Origin: Squalus acanthias
Taxonomy: Eukaryota
DNA length: 64,000 bases
Direction of reading: 5' to 3'
NCBI GenBank assembly: GCA_030390025.1
Contig: CM059431.1
Span: 119,972,001-120,036,000, forward strand
How positions within the stretch are numbered: position 1 is the first letter of the stretch; every line of letters begins with the position of its first letter. The translations under genes were made by a program, and so were the position numbers. Below, piece by piece: positions 23,395-34,122 of this stretch. Under the pieces are notes generated by a model. That model did not search any database, was not told the DNA's origin, and saw nothing but the letters and a program-made list of their open reading frames with translations.

Positions 23395-24560
23395 ATTAGA
23401 TGGTGGCGTGTGTCCTTCCCTGGTGCGGCCTGTTTACCTGAAACCCTCTGGTGGTCCCCCTGGACCTCTTCTCTTCCTCCTCATCTTCCCCCCCCCCCCC
23501 ACCCCCCCCAATCTCATGTGGCTCCTCAGCTTGACCCTCTGGCACAATTGCTGCTGGTACTGCTGGTCTCTCATGATCACCAGATTGTGGAGCTTGCAGC
23601 AAATCACCACGAATCTGGTGACCTCCTCGGCCGAGTACTGCAGGGCACCTCCTGACCGGTTAAGGCATCTAAACCTTTGTTTCAGGACCCCAATGATCTG
23701 CTCAATGATATTCCTGGTGGCGGAGTAGCTCTCATAGTATAAGTGCTCAGCTAGTGTCTGGAGGTTTCACAGGGGAGTCATGAGCTATGGCATCAGAGGG
23801 TATCCCTTGTCATCTAGTAGCCAGCCATGCACATTACGTTGGGGCTCAAAGATCTGTGGGACGGATAACTATCTCATTATGAATGCAGCATGGCATCACC
23901 TGTAAGTTGCGCTGCCAGTGGTCACAGACAAGCTGTACATTGAGGGAATGGAATCCCTTCCTGTTCCTGAACACTCCCAGAGTTTAAAGGAGGGTCTTGC
24001 ATGGCCACATGTGTACAGTCAGTGGCTCACTGGTCCATGGGGAACCCCGCAATCCTGTCAAATCCTGGAGCACTCTGCCTCTGGTCTTCTCTGGCAATAG
24101 GGAATATTGCTCTGGCAATATAATCATTCCTCACAACGTATAAAGCCACAGAGACCTCCCTTCTGCCGAAGTGCACAGAGGATTGCAATGTGTGACTTAT
24201 ATCACCTGTGGCAACCTGGAAGCTTCCAGTAGCATAAACATTAAGTGCTACTGTGACCATAACTGCAACAGGCAATGCAATCCTGGCAGTGCTGCGACAT
24301 CTGCATTTCCACGAGGCCACAGATCTCTGTGATGACCTCCTTGGTAAAGTGCAGCTTGCTCATGCACTGGTCTTGGGTCATGTGACTGTAGGAGTAGTGC
24401 TCTCTGAAGATCCTGGGTAGATGGGGCCTCCTGCTGAGAGCCCTCCTCACCCTCCTGTCCCTCTCTCCTGCAGCAGCTGCTGCTCTGCCTGGCCTCATCT
24501 CCTCCCGCTATTGCTCATGCAGAGCAAGGGGGACCCCCAGCAAGATGCGAATGACCAAGT
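23395..24560 (-). pseudogene. Harbinger DDE transposase, heavily mutated
   Basis: RRPHLPRIFREHYSY, ALNVYATGSFQ, RKGFHSLNVQLV, WLLDDKGYPL, IEQIIGVLKQRFRCL..GGALQYS. Confidence 0.85.
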
Positions 24561-26039
24561 ACTCCCTTTCTCCTGGTGACTCTTATAAGGTATCCAATAA
24601 GGCACAGCACTTACTCTTTTTAGGTGAAGTCCTGAGAGAATATCCAGGAAAGATGTTGATAGAGTGTTGGTGAAGTCTTGACAACGTTTCCCAGAAATTC
24701 TCCCCATGTGTCTCAAAAGTCCTCTTCAAACACAGTGTAATCAGTCGAACTCAATCGGCAAGTGAACAGTGAAAGCTGAGCATGGCTTTATGTAGCGCTC
24801 GAAATCCTCAGCAACGACTTGTTTACTGCTGTTCAGCTGATCGCTGTAGCGATATCCACAAAAATGCCATTCAGCCTCTTTAATGAACAGTAGCAGGCAA
24901 TTTGATTGTCAATCAGCCGCTTAAAGATCCTCTGGGCGGCCATTCCTAACACACACTTCAACTCCTTTATCAAAATGGCGCCTTGCGCTAAAGACGGGCT
25001 AAACCGGCGTTGCAGCTTAAGACCTGAAACGTTAACTCTGTTTCTCTCTCCACGGATGCTGCCTCGCCTGCTGAGTTTTTCCAGCGTTTTCTGTTGTTAT
25101 TGCAGCTTAAGACCCCATCTTGGCCACCTCAGAGGCTCTTTAGCGTCTATACTATTCGGCCAAAACTGCCCCCTCAGAATTTTTGTCCTTGTATTGCAGC
25201 GCTTCCTTTTAATTGTTCCCATCATTTAAATTTCACTGAAATGCATTTTTCTGCTCCCACCTGCACAAGCCTGTAAACAATTATGCAAATGTTCTGACTC
25301 ATGAGATTTCACTACCATTAACATTCTGGTCTTAACCATTTAAATATGACTTAGGCCAGTGGAGAAAACATCAGCCGCTACCTATTTAACGAGGTGCTAC
25401 CCTTATCGTTGCACATCTAGAAGTGTGAATTATTCATTATATTGATACATCAGGGCTAAGAACTCACTGTTCTGCTTTAATTTGTATGAATCATGTAGTA
25501 TCCCTCTCCCTGGCAACTTTCTGAAGCAGAGCCAGACCATTTGCAACCATGGTGCATTTCTTAAGATTGTATTATTCACCGAGTCACTGTAATAAATAGT
25601 TGGGTTTCTTCTGTGTCTTTTTTAAACCTGCATTTTAAACCACCAATAAAATGCAATTTTTTTAATGCAACTTAAAAAACCTGATTTCATTAAAGTAAAA
25701 GAGACAATCCAGCGAAATTATACAGCTTCATTATTCTGCGTTTCAATTTCAACCAATTCTTCACCGAATTGTTTTGAGGATTTACATTTTTTTACTGCAT
25801 AATACAAGGAATAAAGATAGTACCAAATACAATAGTTCAGTTAAGAAAGTATAATTTTTAAATTGGCTCAGCACTTTTCTAATCAATATAAAGTTTCACT
25901 CTTTCATCCTTCTTTCTGTGTAAACAAAATCATTTTTATTGGATTGTTAACTGTTGGAATAAAATGGAACATGTCCATTAAATAAAATGCACCATGTCCA
26001 TATTATGATTGTAAAGGCAATCACCCACACACACATCAA

Positions 26040-27600
26040 CACCAACTTGCACTTATATACTACCTTAGACAAAAAGCACCCCAAAGGGCTTCACAGAGAT
26101 GTAATCAAAAAATGAACATCAAGATATTCATGGGTGCTTGGTCAAGGAGGTTGACTTTAAGGAGGCTTTGAGAGGAAGAGAGGGAGGTGAAGAGTCAGAG
26201 GACTTTAGGGAAGAAATTCCAGAGCATAGGATCCCGGCAGCTGAAGGCACGGCTGCTAATTGTGGGACAAAAGGAGGAAGGAATGCACAACATGTCAGAG
26301 GAACAGAGATTTCTTTTGGGGGCGAGGAAGTTGCAGTGCTGGAGAAGATGACAAATATAGGGAAGGGCAAGGCCAAGGATGAAAATGTTTAATTTGAGGT
26401 GTTCAGGGACTCAGAATCAATGGGTTGGATCTTAACTCCCTAAAAGGCGTGGGTTGGAGTTGTGCCCGAGGTTAAAATGCAAAAACATCTGAAATAGGAA
26501 CCCAATGTGCTATGAACCCGCCCACATCTGGTTTTAATAGAGGCGTGACGAGTGGCGGGCAACCAATCTGCTCACAGGCAGCCGGTTGGTCATTTAAATA
26601 TTTTATAATGAGGCAGCCTGCCTTCATTTTTACAGGCTTTCTATTTTAACTCATTTCGGTCAGGTTTCCCAGGCATTGGGAAACCCGGCAGGTGAAAGAA
26701 GACGAGAAGGGCTAAATCCATGAAGTAAGTGCCTTTACAGCAATGCTCGTGGGCCAGGAGTAGCAGGAGTGCTTCCTCAAGGCCCAACAAGCTTACCAGT
26801 AAACCTCACCCCACGCTCTGTCTGCTCCCTCCCTACCACCATCGGACCCCCCGACCATTATCAGACCCACCTCCCGACAACCATCTGCCCACCCAACCAA
26901 CATCGGACCACCCCCCCCACCACAACTGGGACCCTCTGACCCCCATCGGAATCCCCCCCCCCCCCCCCCCCCCCCCGCTATTGGGACCTCCACCGCCACC
27001 ATCGAAACCCCACACGCTATCGGGGCCACACGCAATCATGAGCCCCCTCCCCGATCTGGATCCACCCCATGATCCAGGCCCCACCCGCGATCAGGACCCC
27101 CCCGCGATTGGAAAACCCCACTATCTCTCACTCTCCCAATAAACCTACCTGCTCTCGTAGGCTTTGGCCTTGAGAAGCAGGCTTTCTGCCCAAAATGACT
27201 CCAGCTTGTCAATCAGGCTGCCTGTGGGCGGGAACCCAACAGTAACATATTTAAAGGAACCCTGCAGTTAAAAGCTGCAGGACATTCGGGAAACCGTTCT
27301 TCCGGGTTTCTCAACATCATAAAAGCTCCTCCAACGCGGCATGGAACTCGCCTCTAGGCTAAACTCCAGGCCAATGTATGTCAGTGACAACAAGAATGAT
27401 GGACAAACAGAACTTGATGCAAAATAAAATACAAGCAGCAGAGCTATGAATGAGTTGAATTTGACAGAGGGTAGAGAATGGCAGGCTTCCCAGAAGAGCA
27501 TTGGAATAGTCAAGCCTGGAGGTGACAAAGGCAATAAATGAGGGTTACAGCAGTTGATGGGCTGATATAGGGGTAAAGGTGGGTGTTGTGATGAGCATAT
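26040..27600 (-). mobile_element. L2 LINE 3' fragment, interrupted by the MITE at 26422-27372
   Basis: L2-type 3' end (AACTTGCA.TTATATA..CCCAAAG.GCTTCACAG). Sequence is continuous across the MITE at GAATCAAT|GTATGTCAG. Confidence 0.65.
26422..27372. mobile_element. Harbinger-type MITE with a C-rich core (reverse orientation)
   Basis: AAT TSD on both sides and imperfect TIRs GGGTTGGATCTTAAC / GCTAAACTCCAGGCC. Homologous to 4295-5009. Confidence 0.75.
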
Positions 27601-29324
27601 GAACATACCTCATCCTCACCAATCTACCTGTCACAGATGCATCTATCCATGACAGTATTGGTAGGAGTGATCACCGCACAGTCCTTGTGGAGACAAAGTC
27701 CCAGCTGCACATTGAGGACACCCTCCATTGTGTTGTGTGTCACTAATTAGGATAGATTCAGAACAGATCGAGCAGCTCAAAACTGGACATCCAATGAAGC
27801 ACTGCGGGCCATCAGCAGCAGCAGAATTGTATTCCACCTTAATCTGCAACCTCATGGCCTGACATAGCCCTCACTCTACCTTTACTATCGAGCCAGGGGA
27901 CCAACCCTGGTTCAACAATGAGTGTAGAAGAGCATGCCAGGTGCAGCACCAGGCGTACCTAAAAATGAGGTGCCAACCTGGGAAAGCTGCAACACAGGAC
28001 TACATGCATGCTAAAAAGCAGAAGCAGCATGCTATAGACAGGGCTAAGTGATCCCACAACCAATGGACCAGATCAAAATTCTGCAGTCATGCCACATCCA
28101 GTCGTGAATGGTGGTGAACAACAAAACAACTAACAGGAGGATGAGGCTGCATGAACATCTCCATCCTCAATGATGGCAGAGCCACATACGTGAGTGCAAA
28201 AGACAAGGCTGAAGCGTTTGTAACCATCTTTAGCCAGAAGTGCCGAGTGGATGATCCATCTCGGCCTCCTCCTGAGGTCCCCATCATCACAGAAGCCAGT
28301 CTTCAACCAATTCGATTCACTCCACGTGATATCAAGAAACGGCTGAATGCACTGGATACAGCAAAGGCTGTGGGCCCCGACAACATCCCGGTTGTAGTGC
28401 TGATGACTTGTACTCCAGAACTAGCTGCACCTCTAGCCAAGCTGTTCCAGTATAGCTACAACACTGGCATCTACACGACAAAGTGATAAACTGCTCAGCT
28501 ATGTTCTATCCACAAAAAAGCAGGTCAAATCCAATCCGGACAATTGCCACCCCATCAGTCTACTCTCAATCATCAGCAAAGTGAGGGAAGGGGTCGTCAA
28601 CAGTGCTATCAAGCGGCATTTACCTGCTCACCGATTCTCAGTTTGGGTTCCATCAGGACCACTAGGCTCCAGACCTCATTGCAGCCTTGGTCCAAACATG
28701 GACAAAAGAGATGAATTCCGGAGGTGAAGTGAGAGTGACTGCCCTTAACATCAAGACAGTATTTGACTGAGAGTGGCATCAAGGAGCCCTCGTAAAATTG
28801 AAGTCAATGGCTGGAGTCATACCTAGCACAAAGGAAGATGTTTGTAGTTGTTGGAGGCCAATCATCTGATTCCTAGGACATTGCTGCAGGAGTTCCTGAG
28901 GGCAGTGTCCTAGGCCCAACCATCTTCAGCTGCTTCATCAATGACCTTCCCTCCATCATAGGGTCAGAAGTGGGGATGTTCGCTGATGATTGCACAGCGT
29001 TCAGTTCCATTCACAACTCCTCAGATAATGAAGCAGTCTGTGCCCACGTGCAGCAAGACCAGGACAACATTCAGGCTTGGGCTGATAAGTGGCAAGTAAC
29101 ATTCGCATCACACAAGTGCCAGGCAATGACCATCTCCAACAGAAGAGAATTTAACCACCGCCCCTTGACATACAACGGCATTATCATCGCTGAATCTCCC
29201 ATCTGTAAGAATACATCATTTACTGTAAAAGTTTGCTGTAACTTGACCAAACTTAAAAGCTGACCTAATTCAATGTTGAGAGGTCGCACAACACCAGGTT
29301 ATAGTCCAACAGTTTTATTTGAAA

Positions 29325-29366
29325 TCACAAGCTTTCGGAGCTATCGATTGCTCCTTCCTCAGGTGA
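29325..29366 (-). ncRNA. Minimal type I hammerhead ribozyme motif
   Basis: Minus strand reads UCAC-CUGAGGA-A-GGAGC-AAUCGAUA-GCUCC-GAAA-GC-UU-GUGA, giving conserved CUGANGA and GAAA cores, a 5-bp stem II and a 4-bp stem I. Confidence 0.7.
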
Positions 29367-29696
29367 AGTAAATTAGATACAGAATCGCCAAAGCATATAT
29401 AGATAGAGAACAAAGCATGTGTACCTTACAATTGCAGACCACTAAATTAAATCATCCTGACTATCTGCCGAGGTGTGATAAAGTTAATCAAGTCAGCCAG
29501 GAAGGTACCACATCAAAGACATAGCAAGATACAACTGAGACAATGAGGTGTAGTCGCAGGGGTTCTAACGTGTCAAAAGCTGCCGTCTGTATGTAAAACG
29601 AAAAGCTTTAAAATTTTTACTTTTTTACTGGGAAAATTTTTACTTTTTTACTGGGAATCACATCTGTGAACAAGCCAACGACGACTCGAGTCCGGA

Positions 29697-30725
29697 TCAC
29701 GTCATGTATCGTGACATAAACCCAAGATCCCGGTTGAGACCGTCTTCATGAGTGCGGAACTTGGCTATCAGTTTCTGCTCGATGATTTTGCGTTGTCGTG
29801 TGTTTCTAAGGTTGCCTTGGAGAACGCTTACCCGCAGATCCAAGGCTGAATGTCCTTGACTGCTGAAGTGTTCCCCGACTGGGAGGTAACAATCCTGCCT
29901 GGCTATTGTTGCGCGGTGCTCGTTCATACGTTGTCTCAGTGTCTGCATGGTCTCGCCGATGTACCATGCCGCGGTGCATTCTTTCCTGCAACGTATGAGG
30001 TAGACAACGTTGGCCGAGTCACATGAGTATGTACCATGTACCTGGTGGGTAGTGTCCTCACGTGTGATGGTGGTATCTGTGTTGATGATCTGGCATGTCT
30101 TGCAGAGTTTGCCATGGCAGGGTTGTGTGGTGTCGTGGTCGCTGTTATCCTGAAAGCTGGGTAATTTGCTGCGAACGATGGTACTTCTGAGGTTAGGCGG
30201 CTGTTTGAAGGCAAGTAGAGGAGGCGTGGGGATGGCCTTAGCGAGGTGTTTGTCGTCATCGATGACATGTTGAAGGCTGCGAAGAACATGGCATAGTTTC
30301 TCCGCTCCGGGGAAGTACTGGACGACGTAGGGTACCCTGTTGGTTGTGTCCCGTGTTTGCCTTCTGAGGAGGTCTATGCGGTTTTTCGCTGTGGCCCGTC
30401 GGAACTGTCGATCGATGAGTCGAGCGTCATATCCCGTTCTTACGAGGGCGTTTTTCAGCGTCCGTAGGTGTCCATCGCGTTCCTCCTCGTCTGAGCAGAT
30501 CCTGTGTATTCGCAGGGCTTGTCCATAGGGGATGGCTTCTTTAACATGGTTAGGGTGGAAGCTGGAGAAGTGGAGCATCATGAGGTTGTCCGTGGGCTTG
30601 CGGTAGAGTGAAGTGCTGAGGTGTCCGTCTTTGATGGAGATTCGTGTGTCCAGGAATGAGACCGATTCTGAGGAGTAGTCCATGGTGAGTTTGATGGTGG
30701 GATGGAACTTGTTTATGTTATCGTG
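29697..30725 (-). CDS. Penelope RT (thumb) plus GIY-YIG endonuclease, open but 5'-truncated
   Basis: FHPTIKLT..VSFLD..LYRKPTD..FSSFHP, a CxxxxCxxC linker, NVVYLIRC..WYIGET..LRQRMNEHR..GEHF..GLNRD. No stops over about 340 codons. Confidence 0.85.
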   Translation of the reverse strand, partial: HDNINKFHPTIKLTMDYSSESVSFLDTRISIKDGHLSTSLYRKPTDNLMMLHFSSFHPNHVKEAIPYGQALRIHRICSDEEERDGHLRTLKNALVRTGYDARLIDRQFRRATAKNRIDLLRRQTRDTTNRVPYVVQYFPGAEKLCHVLRSLQHVIDDDKHLAKAIPTPPLLAFKQPPNLRSTIVRSKLPSFQDNSDHDTTQPCHGKLCKTCQIINTDTTITREDTTHQVHGTYSCDSANVVYLIRCRKECTAAWYIGETMQTLRQRMNEHRATIARQDCYLPVGEHFSSQGHSALDLRVSVLQGNLRNTRQRKIIEQKLIAKFRTHEDGLNRDLGFMSRYMT

Positions 30726-32289
30726 ATTCAATGTACCAGCATTCCTTGAGGCCAAGAGACTTTCTGCTGAACAAATGTAAAATAAACTGCTGTGACTGTG
30801 AACTGTGAAGGCTGCAAGTTGTTAATCAGATAAGGAAGCGACAGGCCCTGAGCAGGAACAAACTGTTGGGCGGTACAAAGACAGGAACATCTTCAGGCAA
30901 ATGGTATGAACAGCCTTGGGGCCCACTGATTAACTGACAAGATGATAAGAAGAAAAGGAGAACAACTGCCGACCATTTGTCACAGTTCGGGACACATATG
31001 CATTGAGGGACTTGCCCAGGTTTTCAGGGTATAAGAGATGCTGTTTTAAGACACTCGGGGCTGCAGCCTGGCGACCTGGTCAGTTGCCAGAAATCATACG
31101 CCTATTCACTGCAGGATTGACCACTCGCTGGTGTTAGTACGTATGTAGAGTTGGCTTATTATCGCTTGATCTTAAAGTAAAGGGTTAGCCCTGTGTATGC
31201 TGAGGTATAATTGGGAATTATTATACTCTACATAGCTGTCGGATGCTTACTTGTAATCTCTTGCTGATTTTAAGTAAAAGGAAGTTATTCTCAAATCCTT
31301 GTGTTTTGTGTTGTCTGTTCCACGGGTCTGAACTTTGGAAACTGTTGGAAGGGTTAAAGGACAAGGGTGAATTTAAACGTCTGACACATCATCAACATCC
31401 TGGGGGTCACCATTGACCAGAAACTTAACTAGACCAGCCACATAAATACTGTGGCTACAAGGATGGGTCAGAGGCTGGTTATTCTGCAGCAAGGGACTCA
31501 CCTCCTGACTCCCCAAAGCCTTTCCACCAACTACAAAGCACAAGTCAGCAGTGTGATGGAATACTCCCCACTTGCCTGGATGAGTGCAGCTCCAAGTACA
31601 CTCAAGAAGCTGGACACCATCCAAGACAGAGCAACCGCTTGATCGACTCCCCATCCACCACCTTAAAGCTTAACTCCCTCCACCAATGGCGCTCTGTGTC
31701 TGAAGTGTGTGCCATCTACAAGGCATCTTCGGCAGCACCTCCCAAACCCTCGACCTCTACCACCTAGAAGGCGCATCGGTACACTACCACCTCCAACTTC
31801 CCCTCCAAGTCACACAACATCTTGACTTGAAAGTATATCGCCGTTCCTTCATCGTCGCTGCACCAAAATCCTGGAACTCCCTCCTAACAGCACTGTGGAA
31901 GTACCTTCACCACAAGGACTACAGTGGTTCAAGAAGGCAGCTCACCACCACCTTCTCAAGGGCATTTAGGGATGGGCAATAAATGCTGGCCTTACCAGCG
32001 ATGCCCACATCCCATGAATGAATTAAAAAAATAGAAATAAATAAGGACATGAAAAGACCAGCTGGTCCATTGAGCCTGTCCTTCCTTGGCATGATGTAAC
32101 TTCTGAACATTGTCACCACCATCCCCCCCCCCGCCACCCCCCGACCCACCCTCCACCCCCCAACAGAGGGGGAGGCAAAAATAACAAAGACCAATTTAGG
32201 AAAAAAAAACTCTTGGAAATTCCTCTTAGACCCTCAAGAATGATCAAACAAGCTTCAGAAGACTACAGTCACTGGTGACAGAAGTGTTG

Positions 32290-32490
32290 AGGATCTTTTA
32301 TTGGTAAGGAAGGTGATGGCTGGAGTTTTGATAGTGAGAGGGACAGTTCCTTAGGATAAGGAAGCATTTACAATGTCGGCTGGCATAGAAACCAGCAAGC
32401 GATTTGGGTTTTTCAGCAGTTTAGTCGGAATGGGGTTGAGGGAGCAGGAGGTGGGTTTGATGTACAAGATGAGTTCCGAGTGTGCATGGG
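32290..32490 (-). mobile_element. L2 LINE ORF2 fragment
   Basis: The reverse strand encodes KPTSCSLNPIPTKLL, a typical L2 pre-RT motif. Confidence 0.6.
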
Positions 32491-34122
32491 GCTAGATAGG
32501 GACTCGGAGCGGAAGCGGAAAGCAGTTGAGATTGTTTCATTCAAGTCCGCACCACGCCCACGGCCGCACATTCAACACCAAACCCGAAACTAATATTATA
32601 ATGAGGTGGCTCTGTTGAAATACCGCAAACTAACGTGCTGAAACTTCTTCCGGGTTTCCCACCCGATTATCACACCCTCCCTGCTCCAAACTCACCTCAG
32701 AGTCATCGGGGCTATTAACTCTGTTTCTGTCTCCACAGATGCTGCCTGACCTGCTGAGTGTTTCCACCATTTTATTTTTTTATTTCAGATTTCCAGCATC
32801 CGCAGCATTTTGCTTTGGTAAAAATAAATGTGTTGGGTGCCTTGTCAAAGACTTTTGCAATTTCTTTTGAATATTCCTCGCATTTCGGTGCAAATTTTGT
32901 GTTCTACGATGTAGAATACACCACCAGTTGATTCACTGACTAATACGAAAATTGTAAAATGAACTGACTGCCATTTACGGACTGCATTGAATCATGACAA
33001 TAATATCAAACAAATCGTCACACACAGATGACTCACTATACTCTTGATGATTTTCTAATAAAATATTGCTTTTTATTTACTAAAAGCTAAATAGAACTGA
33101 AAGGCAGGATTCTTTTCTAATTTACACCATTAAAGTGTACTATTCATTGAAGATGACATTATTATAATGATAAACGCCCGACTGATAATTCTTGAATGCT
33201 GGAGGGCTCATCTTAATCTCTTTGCTTGCACATGACTGCACTTGAAATGCAGATCAGAAAGGATATAAACCATTGGTTTAAATTCTGTATCTATGCACTG
33301 GTGTATTATGTATTCTGCCCCATATTTCTTGACATGGGCTGTACTCCATTTTGAATTGCGATGCATTTGATCTTGGCAGCATGTAGACAGTGGATAGTAT
33401 TTCCTTTTGAGATGTAATTTTCCTGTATATAAATGAGCAGCTTGAGCTGAAGCAGCTGCTCTGTCAGAAAAATGTTTCTTTTTAATGTGTCACTCAAATC
33501 AGAGGGACACTGTCTTTGTAAAAATAGGTTTGCAGACCTTTTTGCGTGTTCATAAACACACAGAGCAATAATATCAAGTGCATTACAAAGCACTATCAAG
33601 TCACTTGTGTCTCATGTTATGAGGAGAAAATGACGAATCGCCCTCATGGATTAAAAAAGGGTTTGGCAAATACTTTTTCATTTGGATTGACAGTATAAAT
33701 GGGACAATTAGATATGTTTCTTGAAAAGGAGGGAGTGAGGGAAAATGGGATTTATTGAGAAAAGGGTTTTCCATTTCCTAAAATGTCTCATGCTCCTGTG
33801 CAGACAGCGCTTTTGAAAGAAGGTCAGGCAAGCAAAATAGATGGAAGTGGAAACATCAGCCACTCAAGTAACTCTTTGAGAGATACTGACACTGGGAATT
33901 TAAATCATGGAGACATGCAAACTCTGACACACAACTGCCAATATTCTGCTGCAGCTTTACAGAGCAGAGAAAGACTGACAAGCACCCTGCCGTATGTCAT
34001 TGTCTTAAACTAATCAATGGGTTAAAATATCAATAGTTCAAATCGAACCAAATTTTGGATTTTCAAATAAATCTCCTCAGAGAGCACCCCGAATGACTAA
34101 TGATTTTTAAAATGTCATCATA

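Larger units (their letters stand above)
20955..25172. mobile_element. Decayed full-length Harbinger transposon (left boundary approximate)
   Basis: Myb gene on plus and transposase on minus, convergent. The right end is AAAACTGCCCC, with GCGCTA-type subterminal motifs. Confidence 0.75.
29277..30725 (-). mobile_element. Penelope-like retroelement, 5'-truncated
   Basis: RT C-terminus and GIY-YIG ORF, plus a 3' terminal repeat with a hammerhead motif. ATTCAATGT is duplicated at 29268-29276 and 30726-30734. Confidence 0.9.
29204..31386 (+). mobile_element. Solo LTR (about 0.73 kb net) containing a Penelope insertion
   Basis: TGTAAG...CTGACA termini with a CATC TSD at 29200-29203 and 31387-31390. 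TATA-like GGTATAAG at about 31028. Confidence 0.8.
27608..32030 (+). mobile_element. 5'-truncated CR1/L2-superfamily LINE (RT pseudogene), split by a solo LTR
   Basis: KAVGPDNIP..PELAAPLAKLFQYSY, GVP.GSVLGP, MFADD, WADKWQVTF, and after the LTR INILGVTIDQKL..MEYSPLAW. Ends in an A-rich tail. Confidence 0.9.

Noticed and set aside
33306..33599. Possible host exon on the minus strand
   Set aside because: No recognisable protein in the frames I read and no convincing splice pair. It is kept only as a possible conserved non-coding region.
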